64,000 nt of DNA, taken from assembly GCA_951406725.2 (NCBI GenBank), contig OX597824.1:64728001-64792000 (forward strand), in the 5' to 3' direction. Under the pieces are notes generated by a model. The model searched no databases, was not told the origin of the DNA, and saw nothing but the letters and a program-made list of their open reading frames with translations. Position 1 is the first letter of the stretch. Each line of letters starts with the position of its first letter. Both the position numbers and the translations under genes were made by a program. Of this stretch, positions 1 to 13,427 are shown piece after piece. Origin of the DNA: Octopus vulgaris (taxonomy: Eukaryota).

Positions 1-860
1 TGTAAACCTCCGCACCCATAGCATGGATTTGGCCTTGATGTTCGTTTTTCCTTTTTCTTATCCGTTTCAGGTCGGTACGCATGTATCTGAGAGCATTATT
101 TTTCTTCAATTTTATCAGCGTCACGTCTTAAATCTATAATCCTCTGGCATTCTTCCGCTACTGCCTGTAGAGTTAATTTTTGGTCTTGTTCTAATTTTGT
201 TAATATACAGGAACGTATATCAACATCTTTTCTTGCAGTTAGCCCTTGAACAAAAATTTGACATTTGAACAAATCTGGAGCTAATTAATTTAATTTGAAT
301 TCTTCACACTCCCCGTTAACGACCCCAGCATAGATAACGAAATCTTCATAATCTTTTTTAACTAAATTTAAACATTGTCAACGAGTATTGAACAGGGAAC
401 TTCTTTCACTTAAAATTCTCGATAACAAATTGTTTCATCGAAACAAATCTCACCTGGTTTCTTCGGCAGAATATAATTACAGTATTTTTCCTTTTCGACA
501 GAGAATAACTTTCTTAAAAGTAGTCGCCCCTTCTTCTCGTCATTCCAGTGTTTATGTTCTTCTTTGAAGATTTCTTCGTATCTTCAGAATATGCAGAAAA
601 AGTAGTACTTTCTAGGTTATAAATAAATTCTTCAATTAAGTTTGCTACACCGTCTGACGAGAACGAACCTGAAGTATTTTCAGACTTCTTCAACATTACT
701 TCCAGTAACTGTTGGCATTGTTGTTGTTGTAGTTGTTGTTGTAACTGCTGTTGTTGCTGTTGCAACTGCACAGGCAAACCAATAAGTCTTCCCTGTTAAT
801 GAGTTTTTCTTTGAATTCATACCAAAAAATAAGTTTAACGTTCGACGCAAGCTTCGAATA
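1..860 (-). mobile_element. Ty3/Gypsy LTR retrotransposon gag region, frameshifted, runs off the window start
   Basis: Minus strand reads Q-rich MPVQLQQQ...FIYNLESTTFSAY, then PNPCYGCGGL (start of a CCHC zinc knuckle) at about 1-32. It lies directly downstream of the PBS and LTR. Confidence 0.8.
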
Positions 861-861
861 T

Positions 862-871
862 CTCATCGCCA
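862..871 (-). promoter_or_regulatory. Primer binding site of the Gypsy element
   Basis: Minus strand TGGCGATGAG immediately after the LTR end, matching the TGGCGACGAG-type PBS of Gypsy elements. Confidence 0.7.
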
Positions 872-872
872 C

Positions 873-1082
873 TTTTATATCCTTGACAAACGTTGGATAT
901 ATTAATTTAACGTTGCAAAGGTAAAATCAATGTGTTCACACGACGTACTTCGTGAGACTCCAAAATGCCCTCTCAACGACTCCTGTCGACCTGTCGTCTC
1001 AACCAATATGTTACTCTTTATAAGAGTTCGACTAGTCCATTCTTCCAGTCCCCCAGTCGTATCACTGACTCTCGCCACAACA
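873..1082 (-). mobile_element. 5' LTR (~210 bp) of the Gypsy element
   Basis: Begins TGTTGTGG on the minus strand, ends just before the PBS, and interrupts mariner sequence. Confidence 0.65.
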
Positions 1083-2005
1083 GAATTTGACATAATGAGG
1101 TTTATTTTTCAAAATATTCCCTTTGCAGTCCATTCAAGGGTATTTGATCTTGATAGCCATTGGTAACTGTCTCACCTAGTTGGCATAGTACTCTATATTA
1201 ATGGTATAACTCTTTTGAAAATATTCAATAAACACAAAGCCTTCTGCATCACAAAACTGAGGCCGTCGCCTTGGGTTTCTTTCGAGTAGGTGAGGAGGCG
1301 TATTTCCACTGCATAGAATGATTCTTTATCTCTGGTTGAAATTGATAAACTCAACACTCATTTGAGGTTAGGAAACGTTCAAGGAAACCAGGATCTGCCT
1401 CAAAACAATATCAGATTTTCTTGTGATGGGATTAGCCTGGTGTGCTTTTGATCAGGTGTCAGAAAACGCAGCACCTACCGAGCAGAAACCTTCGTCATGC
1501 CAAGTTCATTATCCACAATACAATCAACTCTCTCACAAGATATGCTAATAGCATTGGCTATTTCATCTATGGTCAGTCGCCTGTCATCCATCACTATGTG
1601 GTGAACATGATTAATGTTTTCCTGGGTGGCGGCATTTTCAGGACTTCTAGACTTCGGGTGATCATCGAGATTCTCCCTTCTTCTAAATCCAGCTGCCTAC
1701 TTTTGCATTGTTGATAAAGCTGGTATGTCATCCCCTAATGTAGCAAGCATGTCAGCATGAATGTCCCTGGAGGATAAACTCTTCTTCTGCAGGTACTTGA
1801 TAATAGTACAGTGCCAAATTTTGCCCATTTTCAAGAGAAGTCGCAATTAGTTACTTTTGAAGCCTTCTTTGAGAAGTCAGATGTCAGTTTACCTGGAAAG
1901 AAACAATGCTATTATTAAGAAGATTTGAAATTAGTGTATGCAAGATTTCACCGCTCTAGTAGCATTCCTTCTTAGTTAGCCTGTGAACCTTTCAGTCCAT
2001 CTTCA
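1083..2005 (-). mobile_element. Degenerate mariner-family DNA transposon
   Basis: TIR-like end at about 1975-2005 (revcomp ATGAAGATGGACTGAAAGGTTCACAGG) and decayed transposase-like sequence on the minus strand. Confidence 0.6.
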
Positions 2006-3524
2006 TTGATGGTATTAGAATCAATTATACGAAGAGATCAAGGACAAAAATAACAATTATTCTACTGATGAAGTTAGAACCACGCATCTTCCGCTTGTCG
2101 TGTAATCACATGAACGGTTACACTAGAGAATGCTTGTAATTTACTCTTCTCAAAATTGTTCAATTCTTGTCAGTGACTGGTTGTCTCACTTTGATATTCA
2201 TAATATTTAATATCGTGTTATAAAATATTCAGAGTTCGCCTTGTTTTCATTGACAAGCTATACTTATTCACAATACCTATTTGTGAAATGGTTAAACAAA
2301 ATTAAAGCATAATGAATTTGGAGGGTAAAGCATAAGCATCGAAACGAAGACCACGGGACTCTTTGGGCTGATTGTCAGATACATCAGCGATTTAAAAAGT
2401 TGTAGCTCTAAGAAGCTAGTATAAATGGTATTGGGCATAAAAAGGCACTAATTTTGAGATTGAAAAATAAAACATCAAGCTCAAAGGCGCAATTTGACTT
2501 GACTCTGTATATATTGCTTACTGAGTAACTGCTCTATCGATTACACTCTCAGTTGTATAACATTTCGTTTCGCCCATTTGATACTAACTCGTCTGAGACA
2601 GCACTTGATTTTGTGTTACAAGCCTCGTATTTTAGTGACCTAAATTAAAAACTTTCCGTCAAAATTTCATGTTTATGTTCCAATCACCAGCTTCAGCATG
2701 ACAAATGTTTTCTAAATTCTTCATTATTTTAAAATGAAATAAAAGAAGGTGTTTCAACGGAAATGCATTAACAAATGGGTTGAATTGATTCTGCTGTACT
2801 GTTAATTGCATAGTTTTATCTCTATAATATAATTCAACAGTTACTTAATGCTAGCATGATATTCTACTTAAGTCCATCTAGCCTAATGTTCTATTTTGTT
2901 TCGATGTCGCCGATAAGGAATAAACCTGAAAAATAGGTAATCCTGTTTATACATTCTTTTTCAAAGTAATGGCTACAGTAACAAGTACAGTTTACTTGTG
3001 TATTACAAAACAGTGTCTACTTAACCTAAATATTGTGTTATTTTACCAAAGAAATAAATTATGGACAAGTAAATAGAAGTCTATTTATCTACTATGCAAT
3101 ACTTTCAAAACATCTGTTTCGAAATCGTTTCCTCTCTAATTAGAGATCCAAGATGAAGATATATATGTTGCTACCTTTACAACTTCAATTAAGTAGAAAC
3201 CACTTTACGACTTTTAATAAGCTACTATACATTAAGCCAGCACATCCTATCAGCAAACTCTTTTACAGATTATAATTTATCTTGGCATCTGTTAGGTCTC
3301 CATTGATGCTGTAAATGAGTTTTACAAAGTTAAAATCACATGTCTATGAGTGTCCGTCACTGTATGCACATGTGTGTATGTATGTGAGTGTGAGTGAGTG
3401 ACTCCGTGTGTGTGTGTATGTGTGTGTGTGTGCATGTAAGGGAGATAGAGACAGATTAGAGAGAAGCTTAGATGGACAACTCAATAAGCACGTATTTACT
3501 AATTACTAATGTTTTGCATAGATA

Positions 3525-4825
3525 CACAGACATGGCAGAAGTAAATAGACACGCCATAAAACATCGTTTTATGTTTATTCTAACTTGTAATGGTTTATAT
3601 TTTATATTAATTGACATTTTCATGTTTCAGGTTCTACATGTGACTGTTTAACCTTGCTATGTACAAAATACGCCTTGGAACTGTCTGAAATTCAAAGAGT
3701 CTGTATTGTGGGTCATTCAGAAGGTGGCCATTGAGTAAAATCGTAGAAAACCTAAGGATCCCGCTTTCTACAGTTAATAGAGTGATTGTGCAATTCACTA
3801 GAGAGTGGAAGGAGTTCACATCACCTCGTCCAGATCAACTAGAGCCCTCTGACAGGACCCTTCCCTTTGCTAAAGGAAGTGTGGAGAATAAACCTCGTTA
3901 CAGGGCCTCTGACATAGCACAACAAGCTGATGTCAGTCCCAAAACAGATATATTCACGAATTTAGTTACTATGACAGAGCAGCAAGAAGGAAACCACTTC
4001 TTCGACCAGCCAACATCAAGCGGAGAAAAGATTGGGCCAGCGAGATGGAGAAGAGGCAACTAGCATTTTGAGACACTGTCATATTCTGACAGATTTACTG
4101 TATTTCCTGACAGTGGTCGAGTGTGGGTCTGGAGACTCTGTAATCAAGAATTTGATGGGAAAAGATTGCAGCCAACAATGAAATATAGCAGCTATTCTGT
4201 GATGGCTTGGGGAGCAATTTAGAACCATGGTTGATCAGAGCTGGTGGAGCGTGGAGGAAACATAAACTCAAGTAAATATGTCCATATTGTAGAAAGGACT
4301 CCTTCCTATCTTCTCCAATGGTGTAATGATTGAAGAAGACTCTTTATTTATGTGTGTGTGCACATATATATTTATGTGTGTGTGCACATATATATATATA
4401 TATATATGCATAGATACATACATAACACATCCTTGTCACATGGCTAAAATTACCCAAGATTTGTTGGATGAGAATGGCATTAAAAAGCTTTCATGGCCAA
4501 GCCAGTCACTAGATATGAACCCTATTGAACAGCTCTGGGATATAATGAACAGGACACTTCGTAAAAAGAACAACAAGAAAGCATCTTCAAAGCCATGTCT
4601 TTTGAGATTACTGCATGAAACTTGGCAAGAAATTCCACAAGAGAATATTCATCTGATCAGCAGCATGCTTAATAAGGTACTTGCATTGAAAACTGCAAAG
4701 GGCGTGTCTACTGAATATTAAATATTCACATTATAACAATTTATAAATTATTTGAATGTATAATTTCAGATTTAAATGAATTTTAATGATAATAAGGGTG
4801 TCTATTTACTTCTGACATGTGTGTG
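3525..4825 (+). mobile_element. Tc1-like DNA transposon (~1.3 kb) with TIRs and a pseudogenised DDE transposase
   Basis: TIRs CACAGACATGGCAGAAGTAAATAGACAC (3525) and GTGTCTATTTACTTCTGACATGTGTGTG (to 4825). ORF pieces 3731-4063 (IPLSTVNRVI, HTH-like) and 4326-4721 (WPSQSLDMNPIEQLW, cf. WPxQSPDLNPIE). Confidence 0.9.
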
Positions 4826-4831
4826 TGTGCG

Positions 4832-4878
<47 letters not shown>

Positions 4879-4918
4879 GCATAGATACATACATAACACA
4901 TCCTTTTGATACATACAT

Positions 4919-4956
<38 letters not shown>

Positions 4957-4988
4957 TCACACATTCACACATACACACGCAGATATAT

Positions 4989-5392
4989 GCAGGCGTGGCT
5001 GTGTGATAAGAAGTTTGCTTCCCAACCACATAGTTTCGGGTTGAGTCCCACTGCCTGTTACATTGGGCAAGAGTTTTCTACTATAACCTAATAGCTTCGA
5101 GTCTTGTGAGTGGATTTAGTTGGCGGAAACTGAAAGAAGCCAGTTGTGAAGATGTGTGTGTGTGTATATATATGTGTGTGGATGTGAGTGTGCGCGCGTG
5201 TGTGTAGGGGTTGTATGTGTATCTGTAGGTATATTTTTGTGCTTGTCCTTGTCCTGCACCATCGCCTAACAACCGGCGTTGGTATGTAACTTGGTATGTA
5301 ACTTAGCGATTCGGCAATAGACATCCGATGCAATAAGTGCCAAACTTTGATAGCAAAGAAGTGCTGGGGTCGATTTGTTCGACTAAAGTTTT
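4989..5392 (+). mobile_element. tRNA-derived SINE, family A
   Basis: GCAGGCGTGGCTGTGTG...CCCAACCACAT head with A/B-box-like motifs and an internal (TG)n. Further copies at 13561, 17841, 38775, 41900 and 58332. Confidence 0.85.
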
Positions 5393-5434
5393 TTAACATT
5401 TAGGGAGAAGGGGCGGGATGAAATTCTTAAACCC

Positions 5435-6375
5435 ATCTTTTACAGTAATAAGAACACTTAAACACAACGAGAACTGAAATCGGTTTAGTTGCCCCCAAAA
5501 TACTAAAGAATATTGATATCAGAATAAGAAAGACTACCATGCAACATCAATGGGATAAAGGCAATATTTTAATAGACTAGTTTAAGAATTTTAAAGGATG
5601 TGTACAGGGTCAGATTTACACAATTTGATATTATAGATTTTTGTACCTCAATATCGAGATCGCCGTCTGATAAGGCGATTGAGTTCACAAAAACATATAT
5701 TGATATTGATAACATAGGCCTGGACTTTATCTATGCATGCGAGAAAAGCACTTCTATTTAGAAAGGATTCAAAATCCGATGCAGATGAGTTCTTCGATAT
5801 ATCGATGAAATTGTATGACAGTGTGAACATCTGCGATCTTATAGGTCTCTTTATATTCCATACACCGAGATCTTTGAGATCATGGCTGTCATGATCATAC
5901 TCTCTCGATAAATTCAGGGAAAAATTTATTGATACCTTGGTCAATTAGGCCTCAAAATGACTATTACTACTTATCCGTCAAAAGTCGATATTTTAGATAT
6001 TTCCCAAGATCTGAACTCCTGCTCTAACCGTACCATAAGCCAAATGAGAAACTCTCCTACATACACAAATAGTTCTGTCTCCCACCGATAGTGTTTAAAC
6101 ATCTGATAGCAAACATTAGTAAGATAATGTCTAATCTCTTTCCTTCTAAAGAAATATTTGATGAAGCAGCTGCATACTATAACAATGCCCACCAATAATG
6201 AAAATAAACTTAGAAAAATAATATAGTTCATCCCCGCTTCACTAACGTAGGCAAGAGATTATCGTCTCTTTTAGATAAGCACTTCCCAATAAACCACAAA
6301 TACAGCAGGATTTTTCACAGTCGCTCGATTAAAATATCATAAAATTGCTGCCCCAATATGAAGAACATTATCATT
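5435..6375 (+). mobile_element. Penelope-like retroelement RT fragment (Hydra-clade-like), decayed
   Basis: Plus-strand peptides TEIGLVAPKIL, QFDIIDFCTSI, MHARKALL, FDISMKLYDSVNICDLIGLFI and NVGKRLSSLLDKHFPINHKY match PLE RT motifs (FDIxxFYPSI; FDVTMGSYDGAExCELVGL). Confidence 0.75.
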
Positions 6376-7371
6376 TGAGTAGCTGTTTCGCAGACTCTGA
6401 ACCCCTCTCCATTGAATTATACTACAACTGCTATCTTAATTATGGTTTTTACAGTCAAAGGGGACATAACTCTTATTTTCTTTTTTCCGTTTTTATTCAC
6501 CCTTCAACTTTTTGTACCTACCTTCCTTTCGTTTATTCTTTTGATTTCTCTTGTACCAGCTCCTGATTTGCAAATTGAGTAGACCCTGTACTCAGAGACT
6601 AGAATTGCTTGGAGATACAAGCCGTGATATATAAACGTGCCCAGACATGCATCTCCTGCACAAGAGCCAATAAAGTACTATTCCAAGTCGGTGGAGTGTC
6701 GAAATGAGTTCCTATAGATTCTTTGGAACATTAAACTTCGTAAATTTGCCATCGACCTTTTTAAATGTTCACAGTCTCGTCTTCTGTATGAATGGATGTT
6801 AGCGTATATTGCTACCTTTTTTATAATAAGCAGGGCCAGTGTGATAATCCCCCGAATTTAAGTTTAATGGAACAATAAATAATGGAACAATAACAATACA
6901 CTACATCACACAACACAAAACAAAACTGTATGCTAGATAGTTAAACGTTAGTGAGCAAGATATAGGCGACGAAATCCCCGCAATAAAAGTCGATTAACGA
7001 TAAAAGTAATGCTGATAAAATAAAAAGCTGAAACAAACACATGAATAACATATACTAATCCCAATGCATCCAACTGACGACATGTAAATAAAATACTGAA
7101 AAAAATCAAAATTTCGTCTGCAACGACTTTATGCATCACATTGGTTCCGCTCATGTAAAGAGGAAGCGACACACACCAACATCACTTTAGGATGAAACTG
7201 TGAAAGTAAGAAACACTTGGTGATGGATTTGGAAGCTTTTCTGTTCCACATAAACCGTGAAGAATTCATATGAAAATAAGAAAAACGCCTTCATAGAAAA
7301 GATAAAGAACACGTTTGTGTTTTTTTTTTGTACATGATTAAAAGCCGAGCTGTTCCCTATAGTATAACATA

Positions 7372-7404
<33 letters not shown>

Positions 7405-8450
7405 ATATATATAGAGAGAGAGACAGAAAGATAGAGGGAGATAGTGAGAGGGAGAGGGAGAGGGGGAGAAAGAGAAGGATGCTTGCTACAAGAAAACTTA
7501 ATAGTAAAGTGAGTTTTAATTTAATCGTCATGGTTTAAAAAATTTAATCGTCATGGTATAAAAAATGTATTTATTAAGCTTACAAATTCATTGATGGAAA
7601 CAATCATTATCTAAATTAATAATTCTACTCAAAAAATGTAAGAAAGTAAATTCCTAAATTTTTATTATCTAAAATTTCGTGGTTGTCTTTCCCTGATTGG
7701 TTAGCAGTTTGGAGGCAAGTCCAAGCATGATTCGGTATTATTTGACCTTGCCAGTGAAGCATAGTAGAAGTGTGACTGCTAGAACTCTGGAGACCAGAAA
7801 AATATATAAGGTTATATTATATTCCCTTGTTAGCAATAAATAAACTACGGTTATTATATTCTCAACTAGAGGATTACTGAAAAAAATTCAAGTAGTTTGG
7901 AAACAGGAGAGAATAATGACAGTATTTAGAATGAGATAACAAATATATTTACTATGAATATAAGATAGTATTTTTCTTTTTTACAGTCTGAAAACTATCA
8001 TAACGAGTAGAAGAATTTGCAAGTTTTCTCGTAAAAAGAGATAGTTGTGAAAATGCCAATAAAAATGAACAAAACAAAAACTGTTTATCGTTTTCTTGGA
8101 GATGGAAAAATATAAAATATAAGCTTAAAAAGCAGACTATTGTAGGGAAATTAAAGAAAAAGTAACTGAAAATTGATATATGTAATACGCTACGTATTAT
8201 AAATGCACTTTTTGTGAGTAACACTTAACTATTTGAAGCTGTTGAATTTGTTTCATGTTATATGATTTTCTTTCAAAATTATTCAATACAAGCTCTCTAA
8301 ACTGGAGTCGTTCTGTTTATTTTTTGTATTCGGCAGTTCATTCTGCTGCATCCTTTGTCTCATTATGCTCAACTAGTGATTTATATTTTCTTAAATTCTG
8401 ATAATCAAATTAATTTCCTCTTTTCCTTATTGGTAAATCTAATCAATATA

Positions 8451-9733
8451 TTGGGTTGTCCGGAAAATTCGTGCCGATTTTTAAAGGAAAGAAAGAGGTC
8501 AATAAATACTTGCCATTACATTTTTAATCAACCAAATATGAACCATTTTGTTGTACAATGCGTCTCCATCTTTCCTTTAACTTAAAATACCCTCTTCTCA
8601 GAATTGAGGTAGTTTCATGGCAAAGAATTCATCAAGGTATCTTTTTACGTCATCCAAGAAATTGAAATTTTTACCATTAAGACTATTCTGCAGAGACCTG
8701 AATAAGTGGAAATCCGAAGGAGCAATATCTGGTGAATATGGAGGGTGGGTAACATATCCCAGCCGAGCTGCAGCAATTATAGTCTGGTTCCAAAGAAACA
8801 TGCGGTCTTGCATTATCATGTTGTGAAACAACACCCTTCCTGTTGGCCAATTCTGGACGTTTCTCTTGAATTGCTGCTTTTAACTTGTCCAGTTGTGTGC
8901 AGTATTTCTCAGAATTAATTGTCTGGTTACTTGGGAGAAGCTAATAGTACAAAATTCCTTTCCAATCCCACCAGACTCAAAGCAAGACTTTTTTAGGGTG
9001 AAAACCCACTTTTGGGGTGGCTAAGAGTGGCTCATGTCGCTTACTCCAGGATCGCTTTCTCTGACCATTTCGGTAGATAATCCATTTCTCATCACCCGTC
9101 AAAATTTGCTTTAAAAAAGGTGCGTTTTCATTCCATTTATACAGCGAATCACAGATGGAAATGCGATCCAAAAGGTTCTTCTCACTCAACACATGTGGTA
9201 CTCAAACATCGTAGCAATTTGTGTACCCAAGCTTTACCAGGTGCTCATGAACAACGGATTTTGATAGATTGAAGCTTTCTGCCAATTCTCGAGTTGTGCA
9301 ATGTGGGTTATTCTCAATGACTTGATTTGGTCATCATCTATAGGGGATGGTCTGCCTGATCGCTCTTTATCAATAAGGCTACAATCTCCAGCTCGGAACC
9401 TTGCGAACCACTTCAGTACAGTTCTTTCGGATAAAGAAACATCACCGTAAACTGCGCTTATTTCTTTGGTTGCTTGTGAGGCATTTTCCCTTTACAGAAA
9501 AAGAAGTGCCAAAAATGAACTTTCTTATCTTCCATTTTAAAGGGTTACAAAATTAACACAGGTTATAGGAACATAAACCTTCTTCCACGAAAAGATAGCT
9601 TAAACTGTGCTCTAAATGGAGGTGTAGTAAAATCCTATTTTTTGGATTTTATGTTCTAAAATAAGTCGAAAGGTAAGCTACTATAAATCGGCACGAACTG
9701 GCTTTAAGGGTGTCGCAAAAGGCGACAACCCAA
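8451..9733 (-). mobile_element. Full-length mariner (DD34D) transposon relic with TA target duplication
   Basis: TIR TTGGGTTGTCCGGAAAATTCGTGCCGATTT at 8451 and an interrupted counterpart ending ...CGACAACCCAA at 9733, both next to TA. Peptides LTGDEKWI and HPPYSPDIAPSDFHLFRSLQN. Confidence 0.92.
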
Positions 9734-10419
9734 TATATATATATATATATATTAGGTTGTCCGGAAAGTTCGTGCCTATTTATAGCAGCTTATATATATA
9801 ATACGCTGTGCCATCAGTATATTTAATACGCTATATGTTTATATATTTACGATTATTCCACTATTAATTATTCTACTTCATATATTCCACTATATTTATA
9901 TATCACCTCTTATATTCAACATACTGAGAGGTATCAAGTCAGCCTATTTATTTATTAAACTGCAAGCATATATTTCTTGATTCATTCAGGACAAAAAACT
10001 GAATAATTTGAAATTACAGACCGAAAACGCAGAAGGGAAATATGGTTTGGTACCGCTTTATGTGCATACAAGAAATATTGTTCTTCAATGAGTCTGAATA
10101 ATATTTATTTTTATATATTTGTAGCTTTTGTGAGGAACATGTAAAGTATATTGTAAATGTGCATCTTCTGCATAAGCTAAACCTGCTGTCCCTTGAAAAG
10201 CTTTAGAATACGTATGTAATCTGTTTGTAAGATCATATACCCATGTATATATATATATATTGGGACTTTTGAATGCATATATATGTACAAGATTTGTGAA
10301 ATAAGGCAGGGCATTTGATATAAGAAATAACATAACAGAATAACGAGTGAATCAATGACTATAATATATAGTACCTATCGAAAGTAATCAAACTTGTGTA
10401 TATATATAAAAGTTTTTCT

Positions 10420-10507
10420 ATGTCCTGTAAAAGAACTCGAAAGGCCAGGCCACCAACCAGGCCTTTTGCGACACCTTTAAAGCCAGGAACTTTTCAGCAA
10501 TCCCTCG
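10420..10507. mobile_element. Half of a mariner-type MITE
   Basis: Ends GCCAGGAACTTTTCAGCAATCCCTCG-TA; same family as the MITE at 27263-27477. Confidence 0.65.
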
Positions 10508-10854
10508 TATAAGGGGTGGTAAATATTACTTCTTTATTTGCCTATTATTTAGGTATTTCTATTTACATCCTCATACTCTCATTAACAACTTTCATCATGT
10601 ACATTATTCAACGTTGTTATTAACGGTTGGAGTACTCTGGTATTGAAAAGATCAAACATATTAATTAAATGTCAAAACAGAAGCGATAATGCTAAGAAGT
10701 TATATGAAAGAACTCAGCGTGAAGAACACTCTACAAATTGGGCAAATCACTACTGGGCAAAGAAACATTTCAGTTTTGTCTCAATAAAAAACCGATGATT
10801 TTGAGACTTTTGATCGTCACACAAATGTAATGCCAGCGCAAACGGAAATACCTA

Positions 10855-11050
10855 CAACTGGCACAAGACCACAGATTTCAGTGTGAGGGAATAATCGATT
10901 AAATAGACTTCAATACTTGACTGGTATTTTATTCTGTCGACCACAAGTGTGAACTTCGGTGTAGTTTGAACTCAGAACGTAGACATGTAGCTAAATACCG
11001 TGTGAAGTGTTTTTGTTAAATGCTCTGACGATTCGGCCAATTCACGGCCT
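10855..11050 (-). mobile_element. Degenerate Meta-domain-type SINE (family B)
   Basis: Reverse complement matches the TTCTGAGTTCAAA...GTCGAC...AATACCAG family body. Confidence 0.6.
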
Positions 11051-11659
11051 TTATATGACATATGATAAAGCAGAATGGAAAAAAAGACATGCACCAATCA
11101 ATTTATTTCTTGCTACCCAAGCTGAACAAAAGTTGAATTTATGAATGGGGAGATATTGGAGGTTTCATTCATAGATGACTATATCAGCATTATGTAATAA
11201 CTACTGATAAAAAGGTGAATCAAACATACATAAGTAAATATCACAGAGAACAATAAATTATGTAAAGAACACCTATTTATAGGAATACATCGTGGAAAAC
11301 TGTCTACTCAGTATTGCCAAAAACTATCATTGGCGGTGAAATCCTCAAATTGATGGGCGGTAAACTTATCCATCTACAAATATTTGGAAATAGATTTATC
11401 CAGAATATGAGAATAAATAAGAAAAAAAAAACAAGATTTTTGTGATAAAAAATTACAGATAGATTTATACAGATACATACTACATATAAAGAACACAACA
11501 AATAAATATATTACTAATAAATATTATGCAAAGTTTTCTAAACATAGAAAAACTAAAACAAACACTGCACCTACCCAAGACACGCAGACATGTGTTCTGT
11601 TATGTAATAAACATACACAACAATAACAATAACAATAACTATACGAATGAAATATTAAT

Positions 11660-11878
11660 GATGGTTTCAAATTTTTGGCACAAGGCCAGCAAGTTCGGAG
11701 AGAGAGAAAGTCAATTACACCGATCCCAGTATCAAACTGGTACTTATTTTTTCGACTTTCGAAAGGATGAAAAGAAAAGTTGACATCGGCGGAATTTGAA
11801 CTCAGAACCTGAAGAAGGGCGAAATGCCGTTAAACATTTTGCCCGGTGTGCTAATGATTCTGTCAATTCGCCGCCTTC
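11660..11878 (-). mobile_element. Meta-domain-type SINE (family B)
   Basis: Revcomp GGCGGCGAATTGACAGAATC...TTCTGAGTTCAAATTCCGCCGA...TTTCATCCTTTCG...AAATAAGTACCAG, resembling the MetaSINE central domain. Confidence 0.8.
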
Positions 11879-11899
11879 AGTGGAATATTAATAATGATG

Positions 11900-12960
11900 T
11901 TGGTTTATTCGAGACCATTGGTTTTGGGTGAAAGATCAATCTGTCGATTATACCGACCCCCAAAGTTGGATTTAGGCATAAGCTAATCAAGCTACGGTAG
12001 GTTTTTATTGCACAAGCGAACTGAGAGTTGGACAAATCATCGCATCATAGTAACACAGATCAGATGGTAAGTGGACCTTTTTTGACGCTCAAGAGCATCA
12101 GACTTCAAGAAGTTCAATGGATTCCCGTTCGACATTTGTAAAGCTCTCTAATTGTCAAACTGAAAACTTCAGAGGCATTCCTCACCTTCGGGACTTGTGT
12201 GGAAGAACATAGACCTCTTAAGGTTCCGCACTTGAAAATATTGCTACCGAATCTATCGGAGCCAATACAACAAAAAAATCATGATTAGTTTGATGGAAAC
12301 ATTGGCACGATTACCAGGTTCCTGAAATATGTGCACATGGTGCACAGAGTAACTCTAGAGGAACCCTCATCACACACTCTGCTAAAAGCAGTGGTGAGCA
12401 ATCTACTTCATACTCTGAATAATGGTGATCAAGAAATCCAGAGGTATTCAGACAGTATGACAGGCACAATAATAACAGAGCAACAAAGACATTTTGTTGC
12501 TCCGAGTAGCAGTCAAGTCAAGAGACATAACATTCCACATACCTCTTTAATTAGTTTAAACATTGATTCCATGAATTATGGAAGAATTTTGTGAAATACA
12601 CGCCATTCACCAACTGGATGAGCTCCCACTTTTAGATGAAATTATTTCTGCTATCAGAACGTGAAGTAGACAGTTTTACACTAGACAGTATTACACTAGA
12701 GATATTAAAGATATGTGATTATCTCTGGACAAGCGCTTTCATAGCCACATTAAAGAGGTGTGGAACCAGGAACATATAATTCAATATTGCAAGGTAATAA
12801 AATCATCTCCATCTTCAAAAAACAAGCAAAGTAAACAAATATATTTATATCAACGACACAAGGTTTTGTCGGTCTGTCAGAGGGTTTTGACGAGGAGACA
12901 AATTTATTTGCATTAACAACACTTTGTAGAGATGTCAAAAGTTTTGGACAGTAGTTAACA
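11900..12960 (+). mobile_element. Highly decayed RTE-like LINE fragment
   Basis: Scattered residual peptides (EIQRYSD, ELPLLDEIISAI, IISIFKK) in the order expected for an RTE ORF, with many stops. Confidence 0.4.
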
Positions 12961-13427
12961 AGGAACTGCTACAGGATATTTTCAGTAAGTTTGATAGTCC
13001 ATTCCAATTCGAGAAACTTCGCCGCCAATTTCTCATAAGAATAATAGCTCGAGTTGCTGGAGGGCAGAGCAAGGTTGCATGTTACCTCCTGAACTGTTTA
13101 AAGCAATTTATTTGTGGTACTACATTGTTGCGTAAAGACATTGAAAAAGCGAATTTGATATGCAAATAATTGAGTTCTGGTAGCTCACACTCAAAATGGA
13201 TCTGATATTTAACGTCCAGAAATCTGAGATTATATATTAAAACCACACTAAACCACCCTCTCCCTCTCAAATTTCTCAGTACAGTAGCTACAATTAACCT
13301 GATACAAGCATTTTAAATACTTAAGCAGTATAATTTCCAATAATTATATGCAAAACAGAGAGATTCTAAATCCCTTTCACTAGCCTTTATAGCCCTTGGA
13401 AGGATCGGAAGATGGATCTGTTTAAAC

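Noticed and set aside
7517-7566. 23-bp tandem duplication (similar 27-bp duplication at about 52463-52512)
   Set aside because: Ordinary slippage duplications.
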